This document shows, in pieces, positions 26,965 through 34,670 of a stretch of 59,060 bases of DNA (positions are counted from its first letter, which is position 1; every line of letters begins with the position of its first letter). Source of the stretch: a virus (lineage: Duplodnaviria; Caudoviricetes); the IMG/VR virus record IMGVR_UViG_3300030060_000739, positions 1-59,060 of that record. The stretch is one strand, 5' to 3'. The notes beneath the pieces are model-generated. The model was given only the letters and a program-made list of their open reading frames with translations. It had not been told where the DNA came from and did not search any database. The position numbers were made by a program, and so were the translations under genes.

Positions 26965-28008
26965 ATGGCTCATGCAGTAGAAACTATGGCTTACGCTGGG
27001 GAAGTACCCTGGCATGGCCTCGGGGTAAAAGTCGATGACGACTTGACCCCTGATGAGATGCTGATAGCAGCAGGTCTTGATTGGACCGTAAGTAAACGTC
27101 ACTTGTTTACTCACGATAAGCCGACTATCGAGGCTTCTGCTCAAGATAACCTTAACGACCTCGTGGCGTTACCTGAGCACTATGTCATAGTGCGTGACAG
27201 TGATAATAAGCCCTTTGGTCCGTGTGGCTCTAAGTTTGTACCTTCTCAAAACAAGGATGCGTTCCAGTTTTTTAAGAAGTTTACCGATGCAGGCCACATG
27301 AAGATGGAGACCGCTGGTTCTCTCAAGGGCGGTGAGCAGGTCTGGGGTCTGGCTAACGTCAGTAAAGACTTTGTCTTACCTGGAGACGACCGAGTGTTAG
27401 GCTACTTATTAGTAAGTGTCTCTCATAAGTGGGGTAAGTCTAACGAGATACGGTTCACGCCTGTCCGTGTAGTCTGTAATAATACGCTGAGTATGGCGTT
27501 AGCTGACCGTACGACGTCTGGTTTCCGCATGCCTCATACTACCTCTATAGACGCTGAGGTATTTCAAGCAGCGGAGGAGGCGTTAGGTCTGGCCGGTGAG
27601 CGTATGGATCAGTACAAGGAGGGTGCTGAGTTTCTTAGTTCTAAGAAATTTACTAAAGACTCCATTGTTACTTACATCGCTGATTTATTTCAGCCCGAGC
27701 TACTTAAAGAGCAGGCTGATATAGAGAAAATGACTGATGTCAGGGCTATCGCGACCCGTCAAAGTATGGTTGACGAGTTTAAGAAGACGCCTTCTCTGGT
27801 ATTACAGGCCGTGGAGGAACAGCCTGGAGCCGACCTCAAGTCTAGTAAAGGTACTTGGTGGGGGGCTATGAACGCTGTTACTTTCATAGTTGACCATAAG
27901 TGGGGCTATGACCGAGACGCAGCGTTACATAACGCATGGTTCGGTGAGCGTGCCGCTCTCAAAACTAAAGCTATGGCTAAAGCTATTGAGTATGCTAAGG
28001 CAGCGTAA
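26965..28008 (+). CDS. DUF932 family protein
   Basis: MAH.VETMAYAG..PWHGLG, ETAGSL.GG, TPVRVVC.NTL, T.WG..NAVT...DH. Confidence 0.85.
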   Translation: MAHAVETMAYAGEVPWHGLGVKVDDDLTPDEMLIAAGLDWTVSKRHLFTHDKPTIEASAQDNLNDLVALPEHYVIVRDSDNKPFGPCGSKFVPSQNKDAFQFFKKFTDAGHMKMETAGSLKGGEQVWGLANVSKDFVLPGDDRVLGYLLVSVSHKWGKSNEIRFTPVRVVCNNTLSMALADRTTSGFRMPHTTSIDAEVFQAAEEALGLAGERMDQYKEGAEFLSSKKFTKDSIVTYIADLFQPELLKEQADIEKMTDVRAIATRQSMVDEFKKTPSLVLQAVEEQPGADLKSSKGTWWGAMNAVTFIVDHKWGYDRDAALHNAWFGERAALKTKAMAKAIEYAKAA

Positions 28009-28016
28009 CCTTCTAG

Positions 28017-28058
28017 AGGAGCGGTGTCATTCATCTTGACACCGTTCCTTTACTTTCT
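28017..28058 (+). terminator. Intrinsic terminator-like hairpin
   Basis: aggagcggtgtca-ttcatct-tgacaccgttcct followed by T-rich tract. Confidence 0.65.
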
Positions 28059-28077
28059 ACTATACTTTTCATAACAT
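28049..28077 (+). promoter_or_regulatory. Early promoter
   Basis: TTTACT-17-TAACAT. Confidence 0.55.
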
Positions 28078-28101
28078 ATACCCTTACTGACGGAGATAAG
28101 G

Positions 28102-28725
28102 ATGAGAAGAGACATTCGTAACTGGAGTGAGCCGACCACTGTGATTACTTTTTTAGGTGATCTACCGTGCTCCACGGACCACTTTGTGATTACTGAAGAC
28201 TGCCCTAAAATATGCGGTGGTCTGAGGGCTGGTTCGCCCATGATGTATAACCCAGATAAATATGCACCTCCTGGCTGGCTAACCCTTAAACGAGCTGCTG
28301 ATATGTATCAAGAACATACCGGAAGACGTAAAGAGTTTACCACACGTAAAGAGGCACAGGAATTTTTATTTGATTATTTTAAGCCTCTGGCAGTTGAGCC
28401 TACTGACGATGACTTCTCTGACTGGTACTTGAAGAAGCGAGACGAGGAGCAGTCAGTAGATAAAAAAGATGTAAAATGGAGACCTTTAGCTTTAAACATG
28501 GACACACCTAAAAGAACACATACAGCCCTTCCTCTTGACAGTAAAATACTACGCAATGAGCAGAAGGTCGCTAAGTCTGACAAAAATAAAGAGCGTCATG
28601 CTCTCTACACTGGTTTAAAAACTATTAAAGAGATACTTGACGAGAACCCTGATATCAAACCAGCAGATATAAAGTATGATATCCGCTGTGGTTATGGGCT
28701 AGTAGGGGAGACCGCTTCACTATGA
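28102..28725 (+). CDS. Early protein with C-terminal paralogous domain (copy 1)
   Basis: C-terminus RH..Y.G.KTI.E.L...DIKYDI..G shared with 32495 and 34191. Confidence 0.7.
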   Translation: MRRDIRNWSEPTTVITFLGDLPCSTDHFVITEDCPKICGGLRAGSPMMYNPDKYAPPGWLTLKRAADMYQEHTGRRKEFTTRKEAQEFLFDYFKPLAVEPTDDDFSDWYLKKRDEEQSVDKKDVKWRPLALNMDTPKRTHTALPLDSKILRNEQKVAKSDKNKERHALYTGLKTIKEILDENPDIKPADIKYDIRCGYGLVGETASL

Positions 28726-28964
28726 GAGTATCCGCTATTGAAAAAGGTGAGCCGATACCTCCAGTAACGCCGAGGAATAATAAGTACAGCTTCCATGAGA
28801 TGGAAGTAGGTGACCACTTCACGGTTTTAGAGTACGAAGATAGAGATCTACAGAGGCTCAGAACTGCTGCGTGTAACTATGGTCGTAGGAATGATAAGCA
28901 GTTTCTTACACGTAAAGTGTTAGAAGATGGTGTGTGGGTTTTTAGAGTATGGAGGACAGCTTGA
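28722..28964 (+). CDS. Small conserved phage protein
   Basis: Y.F.EMEVGD.F...RVWR pattern; ATGA coupling. Confidence 0.7.
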   Translation: MRVSAIEKGEPIPPVTPRNNKYSFHEMEVGDHFTVLEYEDRDLQRLRTAACNYGRRNDKQFLTRKVLEDGVWVFRVWRTA

Positions 28965-29110
28965 CAGAATTTATTTTTGCGTTTTTAGCTTTGATGATTG
29001 GTCTTTCGGTTGGTATGCTGATAGGCTGCTACATCACCACAAAAGAAGCAAAAGAGGCGTACAGGGGTGCTAAAAAACTTAACGAGTTATTAAACCGACC
29101 ATATGACTAA
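28961..29110 (+). CDS. Small membrane protein (49 aa, not in track)
   Basis: GGAGG RBS, TTG start; MTEFIFAFLALMIGLSVGMLIGCY... Confidence 0.6.
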   Translation: MTEFIFAFLALMIGLSVGMLIGCYITTKEAKEAYRGAKKLNELLNRPYD

Positions 29111-29570
29111 TCAAAAACTCACACCTAAACAAGAGAAGTATGCACAGAACGTGGCTAAAGGAATGCAGAAAAAAGAAGCTGCTAAACAAGCTGGTTACAG
29201 TGAGAAGAACGCTAGCCGTGCTGGTTCTATACTGAGCAGTGACGCTAACCCACAAGTAAAAAACAGAATACAAGAGCTACAGACTAGAGCTGCTGATAAG
29301 GCTGAGCTTACTTTGACAACTCATCTAACAGACTTAAAGGATATTCGTGACGGTGCTGTGCGTAATGGTGCGTGGTCCGCTGCGGTAACTGCGGAAGTCG
29401 CACGAGGTAAAGCTGCAGGTCTATATGTGAACAGAAGTGAGCTAACGGTTAACAGGGTTGACACTATGTCAAAGGAAGAAGTGTTAGCTAGGATGAGAGA
29501 GTTATACGATGAGACTGGTGGCATACTGCCTCCAGGTAAAGTAATAGAGGGAGAGTGTGAAGAAAAATAA
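29103..29570 (+). CDS. terS: Terminase small subunit
   Basis: LTPKQEKYA...EAAKQAGYS HTH; AAV.AE..RGK..GLY oligomerisation-type segment. Confidence 0.75.
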   Translation: MTNQKLTPKQEKYAQNVAKGMQKKEAAKQAGYSEKNASRAGSILSSDANPQVKNRIQELQTRAADKAELTLTTHLTDLKDIRDGAVRNGAWSAAVTAEVARGKAAGLYVNRSELTVNRVDTMSKEEVLARMRELYDETGGILPPGKVIEGECEEK

Positions 29571-29818
29571 AAGAACGAGTCTTCTCCACCCAGGTGAGCA
29601 GGGGCATCAGGTTGAGCCAATACGTGGGTTACTGGCGGTAAGCTAAGTATATGGACGAGAGACAGGTTCAATGAATAAGGTGTGGACTCGTAGTATCTTC
29701 GAGATACATATTCGTTAGTCACGTTGTTTTATGTCAGCGTGTGCCATGTTATGTTTGGATCATTACATAATAACGGCTACCTTAATTGAACCAACCCCTG
29801 CACTTCACTACTTCTAGC

Positions 29819-29847
29819 TTTACCGCCATATAGTTGTAACTTAACCT
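29819..29847 (+). promoter_or_regulatory. Early promoter overlapped by an inverted repeat
   Basis: TTTACC-17-TAACCT; acttaacc/ggttaagt palindrome over the -10 box. Confidence 0.5.
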
Positions 29848-29869
29848 TTTAGGGTTAAGTAGGTTTATA

Positions 29870-29982
29870 GCCAGGCATGGTATCCTTTCCTATTTAACGT
29901 GCGGGGTGTGTTTTCACTTAAAGTAGGGCACATGGTTCTTTCTCCTTACATAAAAAAGTCCATGTGCTCTCGCCCCTGTATT
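29870..29982 (+). ncRNA. Structured leader/sRNA with anti-Shine-Dalgarno loops
   Basis: Stem agggcacatgg/ccatgtgctct with loop ..tttctccttac..; weaker hairpin with loop tcctttcctatt. Confidence 0.45.
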
Positions 29983-30002
29983 AACTAACTATGGGGAAGA
30001 CC

Positions 30003-30224
30003 ATGTACTACATAACTAGAGCAGATAATAAAGGCATCTATGAGATAGGTGTACAAGCTCTTAAAAACTTTAAACCAGAAGAGGGGGTAGAATATCTCGT
30101 CCGAAAAAATCGTAAAAGAAACTCTTTTGGTTTACTGTATACGTTTGACGATGTACCTGTTTATGTCGGTGTTAACGGTAAGCTCAAGAAAACTAAGCGC
30201 ACCGAAACTGTGTATGAAGTCTAA
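30003..30224 (+). CDS. Hypothetical early protein
   Basis: ORF; ATG 30003 after ggggaagacc (ATG 29991 is an alternative). Confidence 0.6.
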   Translation: MYYITRADNKGIYEIGVQALKNFKPEEGVEYLVRKNRKRNSFGLLYTFDDVPVYVGVNGKLKKTKRTETVYEV

Positions 30225-30651
30225 CCGCGAAGTTCCTAAAGTCCGTATCGTAACTTGCATAGTTTGTGGGTCAGTCTTTCCGACTGGTCGTAAACGCAGG
30301 TCTGTGTACTGCTCACAAAAGTGTTTTAAAAAAGCACAGACCGAAAAGAACAAAAGCCTAAAGAATATAAGAGCTGAAGAAGAGGGCGGTTGGTTAGAAG
30401 AATATCACTTACCGCACGAAGCTGGCTTGACCGAGTCCCGTGTACCTACTCATGTTTTAGAGTTAGCAGAGTACAGAGAAGATGATAAACTCATCGTAGA
30501 AGATGTAGAAAGAGTGTTCCGTGCTATGACGGCTGAGACACAGCCACGCCGAGCTAGTAACTGGGTAAGCAGAATGATGTACGAAACTCGCCACGGCTGG
30601 AAGGATAAGAGTATTAAGAACAGGCGCAAACGTGGCTTACCCGCAGTATAA
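30214..30651 (+). CDS. Zinc-finger hypothetical protein
   Basis: C..CG..F...YCS..C. Confidence 0.65.
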   Translation: MKSNREVPKVRIVTCIVCGSVFPTGRKRRSVYCSQKCFKKAQTEKNKSLKNIRAEEEGGWLEEYHLPHEAGLTESRVPTHVLELAEYREDDKLIVEDVERVFRAMTAETQPRRASNWVSRMMYETRHGWKDKSIKNRRKRGLPAV

Positions 30652-30690
30652 TCTAAGTTACCCTATTATTACCTTTATTTAGGAGTAACT

Positions 30691-30897
30691 ATGACTAAAC
30701 TGTACGAAGTTCATGTATGCGTCCTCTGTGGCGGTGCTATTGAGCATAAAAAACTGCCCGACGGTACGGTGTACTGGACTCAGGGTGAGAATGCTCTTCC
30801 TTTAGTTGACGGTCGGTGCTGCAGTACTTGTAACCGCGAGAAAGTAATACCCGCACGTGCGGCTGACCTTGTTTATGGAGATAGACCTAGTGGCTAA
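30691..30897 (+). CDS. Small Cys-rich hypothetical protein
   Basis: AGGAG RBS; CVLC...NA.P...GRCC..CN...VIPAR. Confidence 0.7.
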   Translation: MTKLYEVHVCVLCGGAIEHKKLPDGTVYWTQGENALPLVDGRCCSTCNREKVIPARAADLVYGDRPSG

Positions 30898-31507
30898 TAT
30901 TTGTTTTAATGAGGTGGTTATTAACACCTTACCGACCGTAGCTCTTGATATCATGGAGCACTTAGAGTTAGACGATAATATGTTTAACTTCAATACCCTC
31001 ATCCCCGAGCCCCCCGAGTTGACTGACCTTAACTACGTCATGCGTGGTAAAGGTACTTACTACTACTCTCAAAAAGAGTGGGAGGCTCATGGGGGTACTA
31101 AAGAGCCAGGGAGTTTTCCTGGCGTAGACTGGTGCCTGGACCATCCGGTTGACGAGTTTACCTTAGCACGTATTGAGCGTGCTTGTGGTACTAAAAGCTG
31201 GAAGGACTGGCGTTTATTAAACTGGGGCTGTAAGTGGAACGCTGGCGACGTCAAGCATGAGATAAAGGCCGTTGATAAAAACGACCACTCAGCAGGAGGC
31301 GCGGACCGTGTGTACCTTATATATAAGTTTACCACTCCGTGGGCTGAGCCTAAAGGTATTATCGCTGCGTTGATGGCTTACTTAGAGGCCGAGACGCTTG
31401 AGGTTGATGACCCTAACCTTATGTTATGCTGGCGTTTTATGGATGAGGCTGACCACTTTCAAGGTGAGATACGCTGCCCCGCAGATATGGAGGAGATGTA
31501 TGAGTGA
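30890..31507 (+). CDS. DUF1281/YubB ferredoxin-like domain protein
   Basis: FNFN.LIP.P.EL, WR..NWG.KWNA, F.T.W..P. Confidence 0.7.
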   Translation: MANICFNEVVINTLPTVALDIMEHLELDDNMFNFNTLIPEPPELTDLNYVMRGKGTYYYSQKEWEAHGGTKEPGSFPGVDWCLDHPVDEFTLARIERACGTKSWKDWRLLNWGCKWNAGDVKHEIKAVDKNDHSAGGADRVYLIYKFTTPWAEPKGIIAALMAYLEAETLEVDDPNLMLCWRFMDEADHFQGEIRCPADMEEMYE

Positions 31508-31706
31508 CGATGATTTAAAGTTTGGGGTTCCCCTTACTTTACAGGAGATGGTTGTAACCACTAATGCGTTATTGCACGGAGGTACGCCTAACGAGCCAGC
31601 CACCGATCCTAAGGTTTTAGGTCGAGTGATCGCCAAGCTCATGGTCAATGTAAGTTTAGCCGAGTACGAAATAAAATACGGGAGAGAAGATGAAAAGTCC
31701 GCTTGA
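31500..31706 (+). CDS. Hypothetical protein
   Basis: GGAGGAG RBS; overlaps the upstream stop. Confidence 0.55.
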   Translation: MSDDDLKFGVPLTLQEMVVTTNALLHGGTPNEPATDPKVLGRVIAKLMVNVSLAEYEIKYGREDEKSA

Positions 31707-31902
31707 CCGACCTTACCCTAAGTTCTTAGGTAAGCCTGAGTTTACACCTAAAAACCATGCTCTCAACGTTGCTGCAGAAGCTCTGTTCCAGAAGCTTGAG
31801 CTAGATACCAGTATGCCGTGGGCATATGAGAAGGCATGTAAAAAGCTGTATAACAGGCTCATGGAAGAGATGGGTGAAGACGCTTGGTTTGATGACGTAT
31901 GA
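31690..31902 (+). CDS. Hypothetical protein
   Basis: GGAGA RBS; overlapping ORF chain. Confidence 0.55.
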   Translation: MKSPLDRPYPKFLGKPEFTPKNHALNVAAEALFQKLELDTSMPWAYEKACKKLYNRLMEEMGEDAWFDDV

Positions 31903-32210
31903 TTGTAGATAAGTTTTACTATCGTCCGTTGCCGGATAATCTAGAGCTGAACGAAAGTGAGATTGAGGGACATGGCATCTTCGCTGTTGATAACATCGAA
32001 GCTGACGTGGACCTTGGTCCTACTCATATTAAGATGCCACTGTATCAAGGTTACATGCGAACGCCGTTAGGTGGTTACTTAAACCATTCTGATGAACCTA
32101 ACTGTACTCTACTTTGTGTTTATGATTGGGATGACTATCGCGTGTACCATGTCTTCCCTAACCGAGACATAGAAGCAGGTGAAGAGCTGACACTAGATTA
32201 TGAAATTTGA
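31899..32210 (+). CDS. Minimal SET-domain protein-lysine methyltransferase
   Basis: S.I.G.GIFA...I, YLNHS..PN, DI..GEELT.DY. Confidence 0.9.
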   Translation: MIVDKFYYRPLPDNLELNESEIEGHGIFAVDNIEADVDLGPTHIKMPLYQGYMRTPLGGYLNHSDEPNCTLLCVYDWDDYRVYHVFPNRDIEAGEELTLDYEI

Positions 32211-32391
32211 GAAAGTTCGCTTTGATAATCTCGATGCTAGAGACTTGTTTTTAAACGCTTTTTTCCCAGATCGTAAACAACTAGACGATACTCCGGATGA
32301 GACTTGTTACCACATCAGTGAGATAGGTGTATTGATTATAGACGGAAGGAACTTACTGTTCCTGATGAATGAAGACGGTGACTTACCATAA
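32200..32391 (+). CDS. Hypothetical protein
   Basis: Overlapping ORF chain. Confidence 0.5.
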   Translation: MKFEKVRFDNLDARDLFLNAFFPDRKQLDDTPDETCYHISEIGVLIIDGRNLLFLMNEDGDLP

Positions 32392-32407
32392 GAATAAGTA
32401 GATCATG

Positions 32408-32447
32408 CTTACTTGTTGCTTTACTTCACTATACTTCTACTTATACT
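32408..32447 (+). promoter_or_regulatory. Early promoter (possibly tandem)
   Basis: TTTACT-16-TATACT; atgcttacttg also at 14531. Confidence 0.5.
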
Positions 32448-32494
32448 TAGTTACTAAGGATAGTAATTAAGCTGTCCTGTAATAAGGAAATTAG

Positions 32495-32794
32495 ATGCCT
32501 AAATCTACTACAGCTAAGACACCAGCTAAAAAAGTGTCAAACCTCAAGCCTGTCCAGATCAATAAGCCGTTACAGCAGCTTGTTGAGAAGGTCACTGAGA
32601 AAAAAGTTAGGACGGGTGGTTTAGATCCTAACGCAGTCCTCAAGGCTAACCCCGAGAAGACTCCCCGTGCTGAGCACAATATCAGCCGTCAAAAAATCCT
32701 AGATGGTAAGACGGTCAAGGAGGCTCTTGAGTCTCGCGTTGTTGACTCACGTGATCTAAACTACGATATCGCGAAGGGCTTCCTGCTTATATAG
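32495..32794 (+). CDS. Small basic early protein, paralogous domain copy 2
   Basis: GGL...R..HN..R...L.GKTV.EAL..R.V...D..YD.AKGF. Confidence 0.8.
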   Translation: MPKSTTAKTPAKKVSNLKPVQINKPLQQLVEKVTEKKVRTGGLDPNAVLKANPEKTPRAEHNISRQKILDGKTVKEALESRVVDSRDLNYDIAKGFLLI

Positions 32795-32823
32795 TTTGTC
32801 CTTAAGCAGGTCGTCCGTCGTGC

Positions 32824-32865
32824 GTGCCTCGGTGGGTAATTACTCCTCCACCGAGGCACTTTTTT
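32824..32865 (+). terminator. Intrinsic terminator with 12-nt anti-SD loop
   Basis: gtgcctcggtgg-gtaattactcct-ccaccgaggcac-TTTTTT. Confidence 0.8.
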
Positions 32866-32877
32866 ATGGAGGAATAC

Positions 32878-33051
32878 ATGGATCCCAACAGTAAAATACA
32901 AATAGCATTAACACACAGTGAGCTCATGGATATCGTACAAGCCTTGTTAAATGAAAGGTTGACCATGGACCCTGGTGCGGTGTCTGATAAAACTAGCTTG
33001 ATCGACAAACTAGACCAAGCTATAGAAGATATAGAGATTACTGAACCTTAG
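32878..33051 (+). CDS. Small acidic hypothetical protein
   Basis: GGAGG RBS before ATG 32878. Confidence 0.6.
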   Translation: MDPNSKIQIALTHSELMDIVQALLNERLTMDPGAVSDKTSLIDKLDQAIEDIEITEP

Positions 33052-33117
33052 CACGTGGGGGTTTTAGTTCGGTAAAGTCTTATTTATATTTTTAGGTAGT
33101 TATAAAGGAGTAACTAT

Positions 33118-33444
33118 ATGGATCATGAAATTATAAATAGGGCGCGTCAGTCCTTCATCAATATGTTTACTAAAGAAAATGGCCTTACGGCGGTGGAGGA
33201 CTTGCCCGACTTCAGCCCCGACGAGCGTGGTCCCGATGAGTTCTGCGCTCACTACGATCGTCAGTTTCTGGCCGGTAACTATACTAAACTAGATCCGGCT
33301 AACGGGGTCTGTGGTTCTAATCCTGCTATGTTAGAACGTAACCCTGACCTCAATATACAGTTTGACGACGGTGTTTACTCCCGTTATGATGAGCTCACCG
33401 ATCCTGTCAAGCTGGCTAAACTAAAGCTGCTGTATCAAGACTAG
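33118..33444 (+). CDS. Hypothetical early protein
   Basis: AGGAG RBS; upstream TTTAGT-16-TATATT. Confidence 0.7.
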   Translation: MDHEIINRARQSFINMFTKENGLTAVEDLPDFSPDERGPDEFCAHYDRQFLAGNYTKLDPANGVCGSNPAMLERNPDLNIQFDDGVYSRYDELTDPVKLAKLKLLYQD

Positions 33445-33454
33445 CCCTTTCTTT

Positions 33455-33496
33455 ATAGGTTACGGATCTACTCACTTGGTCCGTAACCTATTTCTA
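33455..33496 (+). terminator. Terminator-like hairpin
   Basis: ataggttacgga...tccgtaacctat followed by ttct. Confidence 0.65.
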
Positions 33497-33547
33497 TATT
33501 ACATCTCACCAATTTTATATTTTAGTTTTTGTAAAATATCTGACATT

Positions 33548-33650
33548 CTCTAATATGCTAATAGCATGTTGTCTGAGACCCTTCTGTAAATCGCTGTTCG
33601 TTGGTTATTGGCTAACCTATTGACGACCTATTACCTGTGAGTAGGTAATA
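33548..33650. other. Iteron-like AATA/TATT locus 2
   Basis: ctctaatat, tattggct, aacctattgac-gacctatta, aggtaata; words shared with locus 1. Confidence 0.45.
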
Positions 33651-33739
33651 TGGTCATTGGCACATGGTTCGTGGTACTTGGCTGGTAAGAATATGTAGTC
33701 GTGATTAAACGTCTGAACGATAATTAGAACGAGGTTTAC

Positions 33740-34065
33740 GGATCTTGGGGAAGTATATATAGAACCTACTTTTGATCGGCTCTTAAGCCACGGACAAAAG
33801 TCTACAGAACATGCAACAAGAACCATGGACCATGATCTGATTGCCAATATCCAATAACCATGATCATTGTATCATAAACTCTGAACCACGGCATTGTGAT
33901 CTTGTTCAGATTCTTCTGTAAACAGGAACCATGTTCCGATCAGATTTCTCTGTAAACACGAACCATGTTCCATGTACACTTTTACATAATCACAGGCACG
34001 TCGCATTGTGATCGCATTGCGATCTGACCATGGTCAGTGGTCCTGGGACTTCTGATCAGAACTGA
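33740..34065. repeat. GATC/CATG/aaccaYg repeat and palindrome array (pac or origin candidate)
   Basis: 9 GATC, 8 CATG, 34-nt tandem duplication at 33906/33940, palindromes ctgaccatggtcag and ttctgatcagaa. Confidence 0.75.
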
Positions 34066-34103
34066 ACGGTCTTGGGTTGTTGTTAAAAAAGTTAAAAGAA
34101 TCC

Positions 34104-34132
34104 TTTACTTTTATATTTACTTAAGATAGAGT
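34104..34132 (+). promoter_or_regulatory. Early promoter with A-rich UP element
   Basis: TTTACT-17-TAGAGT preceded by aaaaaagttaaaagaa. Confidence 0.6.
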
Positions 34133-34190
34133 GATACCTGTTAGCTAAAACGGCTAACCTAAAATTGACTAACTAAAAAAGGAAAATAAA

Positions 34191-34433
34191 ATGTCAAATA
34201 CTAAAAAAGCTCTCACTCCTAAGCCTGCCGTCAAAATCAATGCTGGTGGTTTAAACGTTGATCTTATCTATACGGCTACTGGTAAAGTCGCCCGTGCTTC
34301 TCATAACGCTGACCGTCATACTGCTCTCAGTGGTAAAACGGTCGGCGAAGCGTTGGCTACTAGGCTGGTCAATGCGGCCGATATCAAGTACGACGTGGCT
34401 AAGGGCTTCATCACCCTGGTCCCTGCTAGCTAG
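34191..34433 (+). CDS. Small basic early protein, paralogous domain copy 3
   Basis: AAGGA RBS; own promoter and terminator; similar to 32495. Confidence 0.8.
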   Translation: MSNTKKALTPKPAVKINAGGLNVDLIYTATGKVARASHNADRHTALSGKTVGEALATRLVNAADIKYDVAKGFITLVPAS

Positions 34434-34450
34434 TCGCTGGTCGGTAAATC

Positions 34451-34478
34451 AAGGGCGGTGCTTCACCGCCCTTTTTTT
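34451..34478 (+). terminator. Intrinsic terminator
   Basis: aagggcggtg-cttc-accgccc-TTTTTTT. Confidence 0.9.
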
Positions 34479-34670
34479 GCGCTCAAAAACCACGTGCCAC
34501 GAACCCGCCACCACGATCACCCCCCACCCCCCTTATACGCTAACGTCTATATAAAATACTAAAGGCTAAGTTTTTGAGAGACACTGGAATATGATTTTAC
34601 TTTTCCCGAACCACGGACTACACTTGATCCTCAATAAAGCACTACCCAAAAATTTTTTGCAAAATTTTTT

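Noticed and set aside
28030-28037. Hairpin loop complementary to aagatgaa at the 31690 start
   Set aside because: 8-mer is common in Glu/Asp codons, so the match is not specific; the 33469 loop also has no clear target
29321-29722. 133-aa minus-strand ORF
   Set aside because: Mostly antisense to terS, no RBS, no recognisable motif
33906-33971. 34-nt repeat pair as a mini-CRISPR
   Set aside because: Adjacent tandem copies with no spacer
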